60,274 nt of DNA from Gekko japonicus (Eukaryota), in assembly GCF_001447785.1 (NCBI RefSeq), contig NW_015177013.1, forward strand, positions 777,064 through 837,337. Reading direction: 5' to 3'. Shown piece by piece: positions 25,820-39,189 of the stretch (position 1 is the first letter of the stretch; each line of letters starts with the position of its first letter). The translations under genes and the position numbers were made by a program. The notes under the pieces are model-generated. The model saw only the letters and a list, made by a program, of their open reading frames with translations. It had not been told where the DNA came from and made no database searches.

Positions 25820-26235
25820 CAGGCCCCGGGAACACGGGCCGGATATCGCGCATGGGGGTGGTGGCTAATTGCCCCTGCGCAGTTTGATCCGCGATTACAT
25901 GATCAGATGCGCCGGTGGCACAGCACAGGTCCTTCCCTCAGCGCCAGCGGGTAAACGAGGGACCAGAGGGGAATGCCACACGCCAGCGCGATCACACCAC
26001 GGGCATCTGGAGGCAGTCCGTGGCAAACGTTTACTAGTACCTTGGAGGTACTAGTTTTTAAATGCGCATTGTCGGCGGTAAGCCACAAGTGCGCTCCACT
26101 TCTCAGATGTTGGGGTGTGATCGTGCCTGGATAATCCGCCCACCTTCCGTGCCTCTCCTGCGGCAACTTTGCCATGTGACCGGGGCCATAGTGCTTTAAC
26201 CACATCGTATTTAATGCAATTAGTTTTCAGGGGGT
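25820..26235. mobile_element. CpG-rich unclassified insertion, probably a non-autonomous DNA transposon
   Basis: Abrupt GC/CpG-rich block in AT-rich intron, with no coding motifs. Confidence 0.4.
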
Positions 26236-26239
26236 ATGT

Positions 26240-26592
26240 CCCATGTGCCAACTGTAGTCATCAAGCTGCCACCTTCTGGCTGTTCCCCTACTTATGGTGG
26301 CTCACCTGTAATCTTCTAGAGCTCTGCCCTTTCCATCACAGCTCCCATTCTATGGAATGGGCTCCCTGAAGTGGCAAGGGAAGCCACCTCATAGAGATCT
26401 TGCAAGGAAGCTGCCAGGCTTATTTGCCAGGGATTTTGATTGATTGGGTATGGACAACAGGCTTCTTTTAGGGGGGATGGAAGGTATTTGAGGTTTTTAT
26501 TTTATTTTGTTTTAATCACAGGCTTCTTTTAGGGGACTTGTAAGGCGGCATGAGCCACGAGGAAAGGCAGGTGCAAATCCTTTAATAAATAA
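26240..26592 (+). mobile_element. L2 LINE 3' fragment
   Basis: Similar to the 3' part of 50171-50960; ends tgtaaggcggcatgagcc...aataaataaat. Confidence 0.55.
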
Positions 26593-27714
26593 ATATGGCT
26601 AGACTTTGAACAAAGTTGAAAGCTGTAAATACTTGGAGGCAGTAATGATAATGCTCAGGTGCTGAATCCCATGGTCCTGATGGCACAGTTACACAAGATC
26701 TTAGTTGTTCTGCAGAGCCTGTAAAACTAGTCCTTAATTTGGTGTGTGGATCTGCATGTATTATTTTTTTCTTGTATCTTCGAGCAGATAGATCTTGAAT
26801 TTCATGAATGAGGACCTTGCCCAATTGCTGTCATCCTCAAAGGCCCTTAAGTCTTACATTTGAATCACTGCATATAAGTAATAAATCCACTGAAGCTCCT
26901 GTGTAGGCAAGATGCTCTACTCCCCAGGATCAAGCAGGACTCACTTTCTCTTCAGTCATATTTTTATGGGGGATTTCTTTATACCTCCTCCTTCCCTAAA
27001 CAGTTCAAGGGAGGGGAAAGCTGTTTGTGATGGTTTGATGTGCCTACAGAAATGCAGCAGTAGAGCCTTTATGCAGTGAACGAGTGGGTTGCAGTAAGCC
27101 ATTCCTGTAGTTCTGTTAGACTCTCAAAGCTGCGAAATTGCTCTTCACTTTGGAAAGTTACCTACAGATGCATATGCCAGGGCTGATTTGGTTGGAAGAA
27201 TGGCATTTTTAAAAAATGCTAAGGAGTAAGACTTCTAAAGGACCATGTCACCCATTGAGATAGGTCCAATCAAACCTTTGGCATTTTGCTACTGAATTCT
27301 TTAAGAATGCACTGGCTACGAAATATCTGCTACTACAAGTATTAGTCTGCTTGAAGTCCTCTTTCAAGTGAAAGAAACAGTTCAGTAGTGTGAATTTCCT
27401 AAACAGAACTGTAGTGGACATTATAGTTCTCTTCATTTTTGAATGTATCCATTTGCTGTGTATCAACAGGTGAGCAACTTTTTGTTCTTCAAAAACATGC
27501 TTCTCCTTTTCCAGAAGTTTCCCCTTTTTTATTTGTTCTGCAGTAGTGGTTTTTGAAATCTTTCTGTGGTGCATTTGTGAGTATGTATTGGCACTTAAAA
27601 AGGTATATTAGTTCCTTCTTTCATCCAGCCAATAGCTGGAATAATACTCATTTAATTATTTAGAAATGACTTGGTGAAGCTCTAGTAATCTTATCTGTCT
27701 GTCTCTGTTGCCTG

Positions 27715-27830
27715 ATAGATCAAGATGGGTAGCCTGTAGCAGCAGAAAAGAGTAAGGGTCCAGTAGCACCTTAAAGACTAACAAAATTTGTGGTAGGGTA
27801 TGAGTTTTCGTGAGTCATTGCTCACTTCTG
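27715..27830. mobile_element. Penelope-derived fragment
   Basis: gggtagc...gtccagtagcaccttaaagactaacaaaatttgtggtagggtatgagttttcgtgagtcattgctcacttc. Confidence 0.65.
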
Positions 27831-28609
27831 TTGTCTGGTAAAACTGCACATTTGTGTGGAGTCTTTTTTAAATCTTTAGATGCTGCTGTCTGAATTAGTA
27901 TTGGGAAAACTTACTAGCACTTTCATGTTGGTTACCCTATAACTTAAGGGAATAAAGTGGACTGTTTCTTTTTTACGTAAGATCTTTCCTTTGGAAAATG
28001 GGATGCATGTATGCTACAAATATTCCTACAAAAGTGTAGCAGTACAGCCAGTAAATAAGTGGTTTGCTGTACCTGGCTATACTATCTTGTAATGTATTTC
28101 CTTTAAGGTTATTTTAGCTTAATTGCTGGGAAATTCACATTTGAATGTTTCTGTTTAATAGCAAATGTCTGAAGCGCTCTTCTATATTCTTTATCCAAAG
28201 TTGTTTGGCTATGGCAAAGTCTGCATTTACCTTTTCAAGCAGATCTGATCCTGTACTGCATGCAACTTTCTCAGATCAAACTGCGTTGTATTTTTTTCAA
28301 GAACAGGGCGTATGCCATGAGGGCTTCTGCTTGGAGTTAGAACTGAGGCTGAACCATAAGCCTCCTATCACTCTGCATGGACTTGAAACTTTTCTTTGCA
28401 GTCCTTCCCTGCAGTGTAGCTTGGGAATCAGGAGGGTAGTGAAGTTTATCCATGTTCTTATGGAAGTTGCAGTGGTTTCAAGATTCCTTTTTTCTAATTT
28501 TTTTATATCCCTGTTTCGTTCTCAATAAGTCATGAGGGGGAATAGTTCTTGTTTATTTCATGCTGTTAGACCTCAGGTGAAGTGCTTTGGGTCCTGAATA
28601 TTAAAAAAA

Positions 28610-28950
28610 ACTGTAGACAAATTGCAATGAGCTCTGAGGAAGAGGGCAACATGGGTGGTCTGGAAAAAATGTTGTGAGGAAAGGTTGAGGGAACTTGGTA
28701 AGTTGGAGAAGAGAAGACTCAGGGAAGACATTAGCACTGCTGTTACTGAGGACAAGACTAGATCTAATGGGGTTAAGTTATAATAGGTTAAATTTCTGTT
28801 GAACTTTAGGAGAAACTTCCCAAGGGTGAGAGCAGTAGTGGGGTCTCCCTCTGTGGAGGTGTGAAGGTTGCATAACCATCTGTCAGAGATGTGATAGCTT
28901 TGGATATCCTGCACTGAGTTGTGGGGTTGGACGTAATGGCCTAGAATTTT
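28610..28950 (+). mobile_element. CR1 LINE 3' fragment (old)
   Basis: CEERLRELG..LEKRRLRED; degenerate CR1 3' UTR. Confidence 0.75.
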
Positions 28951-29604
28951 CCTTCCAGCTTCATGTTTCTAAAAATCAGTTTGTTTATTTAAATAATTTA
29001 CTCTGCAGTGGAATCATAGCAATGTTTGCCCCATAGGCAGCAGTGTTTTCTGTGTCGAACATGTCATAAAATAGACCCACACATACCAAGGAGCTTGTGA
29101 GTATCTGTCATGAAAAATAAAAGCTTGAGTTCTGGCTGATGGTAGTGTGTATCTGATGTTCTATGGTTATGACATTTATAAATATTGAAAGTATTGTATA
29201 GTTACTGCTGTTGTTGGTGAGCCACCTCTGGAATTCATGAATTGAGAGCATGTAATAGAAATATTTTATTTACTTCTTACATAGACAAGAAAAATGGGCA
29301 ATGGTTTTAAAAGCAAACCCATGTATGACTTTAGTGGCAGACCTGTGTCTTTTCCTTCTTGGAAACTCTGTAGAACTAAATCATCGTGTAAATGAAAAGT
29401 TCTAACTTGGAGGTTGTTGCAAGTAATGAATAATCTGTTTCCCAACAATTTATTCCCTTTCAGAAGTGGGGAATGGAAAATGGGCTCTTAATGATGAAGT
29501 ATATTCACCTGTGTTGGTGTGCTTTCTTGACATTTTGCTCAGCACTGTTCCTTAGTTTCGATTTAAGGAATTAAGAGTGCTAAAGCATAACAGTTTTGCT
29601 TATG

Positions 29605-29762
29605 GATTCAGGTGGGTAGCTGTGTTGGTCTGAAGCAGCAGAACGAAGTTTGAATCCAGTGGCACTTTAAGACCAACTAAGTTTTATTCAAGATATAACC
29701 ATTCGTGTGCAAGCACGCTTCTTCAGTGTGCTTGCACATGAAAGCTTATACTTTAAATATAC
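29605..29762. mobile_element. Penelope-derived element with hammerhead-like core
   Basis: Same family as 2486-2658; flanked by ttttgcttatggat direct repeats (29594-29607 / 29763-29776). Confidence 0.65.
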
Positions 29763-31048
29763 TTTTGCTTATGGATACAGTTTTTAGAGGAGACGTTTCC
29801 ATTAAAGTTGCTTCTGAATCTGCATACAATAAATTTTACTTAACCTGGCCTGTTGGCTCTTTCTACTCCTCTTCATTCTATGATAGGTTTACCACTTGCT
29901 TTACCTAGCTTAGAAATGCACATTGAGATCAAAAGAATATTGTTTGGTGTGACTTTGTTTTGTGGGTTTGTGCTCCCCCTGCTGCTTTCTCAGGAATAGC
30001 ATAGAGGGTCAGTGTTCAGTCAAAAATGTATCCTACTATTTAGATTGAATTTTCCCCCTGCAGCTGATTTGAATATTAGTAACCATTAAATAGCATCTTG
30101 TTTTGAATAATTTCTTCAGTAACTGTAGATTTTAAGATGTTTATATTTCCAAAGATACTTATAGTCAAAAAGATTACTCACACTATACTAGAGAATTACC
30201 TCTTCCTCCTGGCAAGCTGCAAAATGGCCCATTACAGGGGCTGAATGGAGATAGTCTGTTGTTTCATATCTATAGTATTTTATATCTGTAGTCCAGATTC
30301 TCAAGTGATACTTCATTATCTATATTATTTAGTATTTGCTTTAACAATGAAAGAATATTTCCTGTTACTAAAAAGGGGGAGTTCAAACCTGGGAACTTGG
30401 AACATGGATTTGGAATAAACTTAGCTTGTCCATCTGTTAATATTGTTATCCTCTGGCTTCTTATTATTGAATGAAGTGACAACATTTCAAAGATCAAATG
30501 GCTTTACTGTGCTTGAGTTGTCCCTTTGGGGTACCAAGGAGTATAAAGCTTATTGTTAAACAACCTGATAGTAGGTTCTTGATTTTTTTTTTTTAAAGGA
30601 GCTAGGATTGTTTGTATTTTATTCTCTGCTGCATCATCTGAGCAAACCCTTCTGAAGGTGTCTCCCTACAGATGGGTAAGAGATGTAGTTGCACATATAC
30701 ATGCATTCTCTGATGTGGCCCTCCACCTTGTGGAATGGCTTGCCTGAGTAGTTCAGGAAGCCCCCCACATTTCTTTAATTCTGCAAAATACATAGAACAG
30801 AATTGTTCAGGAGGGCATTTTTATAAAGGAGACAGGACTATAGTTTATGCCATTATATATAGAATGTATTATCCTGCTCTTACTACATTGATTTCAACTC
30901 CTATAATACCATTTTTGTATTGTTTGACAGCTGTCTAATCATGTCTAATACATGTTGCATCATGTCTATATATTGTAATGCTAGTCCTTTTGCAATGAAT
31001 AGGTGGACTATAAATAAAGTAAATAAGTAATAAATGATTATCTTTTAA

Positions 31049-31198
<150 letters not shown>

Positions 31199-31274
31199 TA
31201 GTAATTTCAACATAAACTGAAAGAAATCAGGGCTTGTGAAAAAAAAGGTTGATATTGCTTTTTTTCCCCCCCAG

Positions 31275-31386
31275 TTTAACCCTGATGACAAATCTGCACA
31301 GCATCACAATGCCCACCATTGCTTAGAGATTACAGTCAACTGCAGCCCAATAATAGACCATTGTATTATTCGAAGTACTTGTACAG
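31275..31386 (+). CDS. FBXO11: FBXO11 exon
   Basis: 112 nt; [37 protein letters not shown]. Confidence 0.97.
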
Positions 31387-31527
31387 GTTAGTAAATTCTG
31401 TTAAAGCTATCATAAGGTAGTCCACTGCAATATTATTCTGAGATGCACAAAGCTCAGCTTCTTAAAATGTGTTCTGTTATAGAAAGTCGTGAGTTTCAAA
31501 TGTTTGTTAAGTGGTATCACAGTGATA

Positions 31528-32229
31528 CTCAGCATCAAAAAAACTAAGATCATGGCATCTGGCCCCATCACTCCTTGGCAAATAGAAGGGGAAGTCATGA
31601 AAACAGTGACAGAATTCACGTTCCTGGGATCCAAGATCACTGCAGACGGTGACTGCAGCCATGAAATTAAAAGACGCTGCTTCTTGGGAGGAAAGCTATG
31701 GCAAACCTAGACAGCATAATAAAAAGTAGAGACATTACACTGTCAACAAAAGCCCACATAATCAAAGCAGTGGTATTCCCAGTAGTAATGTATGGCTGTA
31801 AGAGTTGGACCATAAGGAAGGTCAAGTGCCGAAGAATAGATGCTTTTGAATTATAGTGCTGGAGGAGACTCTTGAGAGGCCCTTGGACTGCAAGGAGATC
31901 AAATTAGTCAATCCTAAAGGAAATCAAACCTGATTGTTCCCTGTAAGGACAGATACTGAAGCTGAAGCTCAAATACTTTGGCCACCAAACGAGAAGGGAG
32001 CACTTACTGGAGAAGACTCTGATGCTGGGAATGGTTGACAGTAACAGAAAAGAGAACGAAAAAAGATGAGATGGTTAGACAGTGTTACTGATGCAATGAA
32101 CATGAAATTGAGCAAACTCCATAGGACAGTGGAAGACAGGAGGGCCTGGCGTGATGTGGTCCATGGGGTCACAAAGAATTGGACTCGACTGTGTGACAAC
32201 AACAACTGTGTGACAACAACAACAACAAA
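31528..32229 (+). mobile_element. BovB (RTE) LINE, 5'-truncated
   Basis: KKTKIMASGPITPWQIEGE..FTFLGSKITADGDCSHEIKRR; (CAA)n tail; 12-bp TSD atcacagtgata (31516-31527 / 32230-32241). Confidence 0.95.
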
Positions 32230-34678
32230 ATCACAGTGATAAAAACTGAATTCTTTATAAACATGAAAATGCCAGCTAATGAAAATATTTTGGTTGTTCA
32301 AATTGTACCTGATGCCACCAGCTTTTTGGTCATTCCTGATTAAATTAAAGCCAGATGCTTATTGTTGTAGACTGCCCTGTGTCTATTTGCTATGCAGTTT
32401 TACCTTCACTTGCCTCTGTTTATCATCTTGGTACCTGTTCAGTCCCACATGGCTCCTGCGCATAGACAGGCTTGCCATGAAGAGGATTTTTTGAAGGTCA
32501 AAATACCTAGAGGTGCTCTGTCCCCTTCCCCCACACTGTTTCCCACCTTTTTCACTGTGATATAGAGGGGGTGGAGTGCCCTCCCCTCAGGTCTTTGTTG
32601 CTGCTGAGAGAGGTTCGTTTACAGAAGCTCTGTTTCTTCCTCAGCAGTGATTACTCCCGGTGAATCTAACTAATGAGCCTGTAGGTTACAAAGTAGCACC
32701 AAAAATGCTTTTTAAGAAATGCAGGTCTTGTGGATCAAAAACTTCCCACTCATATGGCCATGAGCAGTGCCTCTTATGCCTTGGTGAAGAGTACAACATA
32801 TGCTGCTCCATTTGCCACCGATTCACCCCAAAGGCAAGGCATGACAGAGCTTCCTGCCTAAAAGTGGCACGTTGGGAAAAAGCTGTTTCTGGTTCTGCTT
32901 GAGGAAAAAAACAAGCAGTTCACTGCCTTCTGCTTCCAAGCATCTTCACTTCCAAGACCGAAACTGGCCTCTGTGAACCCAACCAAAACTACAGGGAAGG
33001 CTACAGGCACGATCGCTGTGTCCCCAGAGCACAGCTCCTTAGAACCACCATTAATGAAGGCTTGGCACAAGCACAAACCCTTGGAGAAGTCTCCCAAGTC
33101 AAAGTCATTGTCCACCCCCTCCCACCTTCATCATAAGGAACCTGTCCTTCATAAAACATCCTAGGAACTGATCAAATGATCAGTATCAGTTCCCAGAACA
33201 CCTTCCCTTGCCCACTGCTCTCTTGTCATTACTTCTCAGAAGAAGTTATTCAGGACTTGGAGCTTTCTATCCTATGTTGCCAGCCCCCCCTCATCTCACC
33301 ATTTGGATCCACTTCCCCAGTTCATTCCAACAGATTTGTATTTGATTTCATCCCAGTTGCTGTTCAAAGACATCCAGTGTGACTATTATGACTAAGGCTG
33401 GGACCCATGCATTCCTTTTGGTTCTAACCAAGTGGAAGCAGACCCCTACCGTACAGATTACCAGGGTCTCCCACAAGATCCCAGGAAGAGACCATACACT
33501 AGGAGACTTGGATTGTGATTACGACCTTCCTGTTTATGAAGACGGAGAGCTGGATTACACTCCCGAAACCCCCTCCCCAGAGTGCCAGAATTGTCCATGT
33601 ACTTCCCCAGCAAAGACCTTCTCATGTACAATGAACAACTCATTTGAACGGTGTTCCAGATTGCAGTGCTCTCTGGGGAACATTCAAGGTAAGGCGGTCC
33701 CCCAGGTAGGCAGGCCCCTTACCATGTGCCCCTCCAAGGGCAATGGATCCAGTCTTTAGACTAATGCACCCTGAAAATATGGGTCAAGTCACATTACCAG
33801 TTATGGAAGATCTACTTGAAGTCACTACTGGCCCTTGGCTCCATCTGGCATTGGTGTTGCCTGCCTTCTGCTAGGTGTATTGAAATCAGCACAAAACCAA
33901 GGATGCCCTTTCCTCTTCCACCTTATGGCTAGCTCGCTGGTTATAGATTATACCCAAGGTAAAAACCAGGGCACCCAATTGAAGGCCAAAAACTAGATGG
34001 ATAGATGGAATACGCAGAAGAATCTATGCTTCCTCTGCCCGTGGCTTCAAAATTGCCAGTTACCAATGTATCTGAGCCTGCTATCAACTCTTCCTTTGGG
34101 ATAGTGTTGCACCCTGCCTGAGGACAAATGCAAGCTGACAAAACTGTTAGCCCTAGAAGCATCAAAGCTGGCTAGACATCAGATTTCTGCAACCAAGCAC
34201 TCAGTGGACTGCTCAGCCCACAGCCTAGCCATGGCTATAGCATTGCCATTCCTGGCTCAGGTCCATGGTGCTTCCACAAGAAACCCACAACAGAATCAAG
34301 GACCCACCCTTTGAAGGTACAGACTTATTCAGCATCAGTACTGATGAGATACTTAACAAGATGTGGAAAGACAAACTTGCGGCTAAGACACTGGGAGTGA
34401 TTCTCTGTACTCAGTCTACTCCAAAACCTAGGCCTTTCTTTGGACCATTCTACTCTGCATCCAGAGGAAGAAGTCAGGTAATGTTCTCACCCTTCGCATT
34501 CAAACAGGCATACTTAGATGCCTGTCCAGCAGGGAAGATTCCCTACTACGAGGTGCAAAGCCAGGTCTCAGTTACACAGACTCTAACCTGCGAAACAGGG
34601 TTTTTGACTGTTACAGCCCACACCTGGTGTATCTACCTACAGAGAAACTGACTCCTCATCAACTCACCTGGCAGGAAA

Positions 34679-34800
34679 GGGAGCCAGTGTGATGTAGTGG
34701 TTAAGAGCGACTGACTCTAAACTGGAGAACCAGGTTCAATTCTGCCTTCTTCCACTTGAAGCCAAGGGGGTGACCTTGGGTTAGTCACAGTTCTTCCAAC
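34679..34800 (+). mobile_element. Squam3-like SINE 5' half
   Basis: gagccagtgtgatgtagtggttaagagc...ggttcaattc...gtgaccttggg. Confidence 0.75.
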
Positions 34801-34859
34801 CCCCCAAAATAAGCCTAGCTTGCTGCATACTGCTAAAAAAAGTGCTAGAGCTTCAGGGT

Positions 34860-36648
34860 GCCAGACAATCCTAGGATCTCCTGGCTATACCACACAGAGT
34901 GCCATATGATACGATGGAGGCAGGCAAATGTCATCTTTAAGGGGGAAAAGGAGGATCTGGGTAACTACCAATCTGTCAGCTTGACATCTATACCTGGAAA
35001 AGTTCTAGAACATATCATCAAAAAGTCAGTCCTTGAGCATTTAGAAAGGATGGCTGTGATTATTAAGAGCCAGCATGGGTTTCTCAAGAATAAGTTATGT
35101 CAGACTATGATAACCATCTTCTCAACTAGCTTGGAGAAACGACGACTGAGGGGTGACATGATTGAGGTTTATAAGATTATGCATGGGAAAGAGCAATTAG
35201 AGAAAGAGGTACTTTTCTCCCTTTCTCACAATACAAGAACCCGTGGGCACTCCATGAAATTGCTGAGCGGTCGGGTTAGAACGGATAAAAGGAAGTACTT
35301 CTTCACCCAAAGAGTGATTAACACTTGGAATTCACTGCCACAGGAAGTGGTGGCGGCTACAAGCATGGACGGCTTCAAAAGGGAATTAGATAAGCATATG
35401 GAGCAGAGGTCCATCAGTGGCTATTAGCCACAAGGTATAGATAGGGACTCTGGGGCAAGTGATGCTCTGTCATCTTGGTGCTTGGGGGGGGGTCAACAGT
35501 GGGAGGGCTTCTAATGTCCTGGCCCCACTGGTGGACCTCCTGATGGCACTGGTATTTCTGGCCACTGTGGGATACAGAGTGTTGGACTGGATGGGCCTTT
35601 GGCCTGATCCAACATTGGCATCTCTTATGTTCTTATGTTCTTATCTTTTCTTTTTTAAAGAAAGTTACTACCTTGCTGGATCAGGGGAATGCTGTAAACA
35701 TAGTTTATCTTGATTTCAGTGAGGCTTTTGATAAGGTTTCACACAGTATTCTTGTTGACAAGTTGGTAAAATGTGGTTTGGATACTATGACTGTTAGGTG
35801 GATCTGTAACTGCTTGACATATTGCACCCAAAGAGTGCTTGTTAATGGGTCCTCATCCTCTTGGAGAGGAGTAACAAGTGGAGTGCAATATGTGACCTGT
35901 TTTGTTTAACACCTTTATACATGATTTGGATGAAAGAATACAGGCAATGCAAATTAAATTTGCAGATGATACTAAATTGGGAGGGGTAGCAAATACAGTA
36001 GAGGACAGAGTCAGGATACAAGATGATCTTGACAGGCTGAAAAACTGGGCTAAAACAAATAAAATGAATTTCAGCAGGGATAAACGTAAAGTTCTGCATA
36101 TAGTAGGAAAAATCAGATGCATAATTATAGGTTGGGGGAGAGTTGTCTTGGTAGTAGTATGTGTGAAAAGGATCTAGGGGTCTTTGTAGACCATACACTG
36201 AATGTGAGTCAGCAGCATGATGCAGTAGCTAAAAAGGCGAATGCAATTTTGGGCTGTATCAACAGAAGTATAGTGTCCAAATCACGCAAAGTGATGGTAT
36301 CACTTTCCTCTGGTTAGACCTCACCTTAAGTATTGTGTTCAGTTTTGGGCACCACAATTTAAGAAGGATATAGACAAGCTGGAATATGTCCAAAGGAGAG
36401 CAACAAAGATGGTGAGGGGTCTGGAGACCATGTCCTGTGAGGAAAGATTGAAGGAGCTGGGTATGTTTAGCCTGGAGAGGAGATGACTGAGTGGTGATAT
36501 GATAACCATCTTCTCAAGTACTTGAAGGCTGTCATATAGAGGATGGTACGGAATTGTTTTCTGTTGCCCCAGAAGGTTGGACCAGAACCAGTGAATTGAA
36601 ATTAAATCAAAAGAGTTTTCGATCCCTTCCAACTCTATTATTCTATCA
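34860..36648 (+). mobile_element. CR1 LINE RT region, interrupted by a second CR1
   Basis: NYQSVSLTSIPGKVLE, QHGF, YLDFSEAFDKV, KFADDTKLGG; ends ccttccaactctattattctat. Confidence 0.92.
35126..35643 (+). mobile_element. CR1 LINE 3' end of another subfamily, nested in 34860-36648
   Basis: SLEKRRLRGDMIEVYKI...RKYFFTQRVINTWNSLP; tail (ttatgttc)n. Confidence 0.92.
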
Positions 36649-37430
36649 TAATTTAATTCAACCTGACAGGACATTGCCCAAGACAAGTGGGTATTCAGTA
36701 TCATGTCACTGGGGAATGCGATAGAATTCGACTCTCTTCCAACATGTGTGCCCCCCCCCCCAATTCCCCCTTTCCTGCCCTCTCCCTAATGGATTTATTC
36801 TCTCTCTTACCAGTTGATACACAATTGGTAATGATCACTTCTCTTGGTACCATAAATGTTCTTTGCTCCTGCATGTGTGCCCCCCCCCCCCAATCCCACC
36901 TTTCGTGCCCTCTCCAGAATGCCTCATGGAAGTCAACACCCTCCTCAACAAGAAAACAATAAAGGAAGTGTCTGCAAAATATTAGCATTCGGGGTTTTAC
37001 TCCAGATACTTTCTGGTCAAGAAAAGGGTGTGTGTGAGAGCCATCCTGGACTGGAGAGGCCTAAACAAATTCTTGTCAACAAAATGTTAATCAGTTCCAA
37101 GTGTGCTTCCCCTGTTACACCAGGGCATATAGTTTGTAATACTTGGTTTACTAGATACATATCTCCGTGGCAAGATAAGGCCAGACCATCACAAGTACCT
37201 CCACTTTCAATGTGGCTCCTGCCACTTCCAATACACGGTCCTTTTGCTACAGCACCAAGGTGGTAGCGGTAGTAGTAGGATATCTAAGGAAATGGGGATT
37301 CAAGATGCACCCTTACTTAACTGTAGCTGATTCCAAGCCAAAACTCCTATCAGACCATCCTACCCGGCAGCTACTCCGAGCACGGCTCCTGAGAAAACAC
37401 TTCCAATAGACTTATTTGCCAACAGTTAAA

Positions 37431-37693
37431 AGAAGAAGAGATTGGATTTATACCCCACACTTCACTTGGAGTCTCAGAGCGGTTTACAAAGTACTCTCCC
37501 TTCCCCTCCCCACAACAGTGAGGTCGGTGGGGCTGAGAGAGCTCTGACAGAAACTGCTCTTTCAAGAACAGCTCTGACAGAACTATGGCTTGCCCAAGGT
37601 CATCCAGCAGCTGCAAGTGGAGAAGTGGGGAATCAAACCCAGTTCTCCTAGATTAGAGTCCGTGCACTTAACCACCACACCAAACTGGCTCTC
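37431..37693 (-). mobile_element. Squam3-like SINE, full length
   Basis: Same family as 19842-20100. Confidence 0.88.
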
Positions 37694-39189
37694 AAAAACA
37701 AGAAATACAGATCCTTCTGCTTCCTTGGTGCATGAGACCTATACTTGCTGGGAGATGCATTTTAAATCCAGTGGACAAGGGGCCTGTTATATACTTTCCC
37801 CTGTTGCCGCTGATTTCCAGAGTCCTCTACCAAATGAGATAGGAACACACATTTGCCATCCTGATAGCTCTCTTTTGGCTCAGATAATTGTGGTTCCCAG
37901 TGCTACTGGTTGTGTCCCACAGTAGCTACATCCCACTCCCACAGGAATAGAGGTTCTTTCTGTGGAGCTTGTTTCCACACCCAAACATTGGCAGCCTGCA
38001 TTTAACAGCATAGCTCATTCAGTACCAACAGACAATTTCTGAACCTGTCAAAGAAGTTCTGCTTAATGCCAGAAAACCTCCTAACTGGCATTCCTGTTTG
38101 GCCAAATGGAAATGTTTCTGTACACGGGCCACAGAACAGCATTTAGATTCAGTCCACTGCCCAACAGAGAAGGTTTTTGAATCCCTCATATACCTACTCA
38201 GAGGAGGCTGTTCATCTACCTCCATTCGAATCCATCTAGCTGCTATAGCGTGTTTTGATGTTCAATTTCATGGGAAGTCCCTATTCTCTCAAAGGGAATC
38301 CAGATTTTTCCTTGAGGGGCTATGGAATCCCCCCCCCCCCGTTCAGCCTCTGATTCCTCAGTGGAGCCTCTCACTCATGCTCTCACAACTTATGGGTAAG
38401 CCTTTCAAACAAATGGCCAGTTGCCACATTCCTTTGGTCACTGTGAAAACCTTTTTTTCTGGTTGAGGTAATGTCAGCCAAATGTGTCAGCAAACTACAG
38501 GTGTTGAGACATGACCCTCCCTTCCATCTTCTGCACTTCTTAACAGTTCCTGCCCAAGGTAACTTAGGTTCTGCGTGAACCAAGACATCACTTTTGGTTT
38601 GATTATACCCTCAATCACAAGATGAGAGAGAATGAACTCTCTATTCCTTAGACATTCAAAGGGCTGTCCTCTTCTACCTCGGTAGAACAAAATCCTTTTG
38701 AAAAGATGACAACTTATTCATCGTTTCAGTAGGCTCCAACTTGGGCAAAAAACTGTCAACCCAATCCATCTCTAGATGGATAGTCACGTTCATCAGACTG
38801 TTACAAACTAGTGAGTTGACTCTCTGCTGCAACTTCATGCCCATTCTACTCGGGCACAGTCTGCATCAGCTGCTTTTTGCCATGGTCTGTCTGTTGATTC
38901 CATCTGCAAGGCTGCAGTGTGGTGGTCCTCTTGCACTTTAGCAAGACACTACCTGATTGAGATGCAGCAGTGGGAAGAGCAGTCCTACAGTCTCTGTACA
39001 ACTGAAAGCTCACACCCACCTTTCTAAGACTGGTAAATCAACTCGCTAATCTCCCATGTGGGACCGCACAGGTATCATGATGATGAAAACAAGGTTGCAC
39101 TTACCTGTAACTGTTGTTCATCAAGTGGCCACCTGCGCTGTCACACAATCCTCCCTTCTGCCCTTCTTTGAGCACTTAACATAATCTGA

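Noticed and set aside
34858-35427. 189-aa ORF as a real gene
   Set aside because: Chance in-frame fusion of two nested CR1 fragments plus filler.
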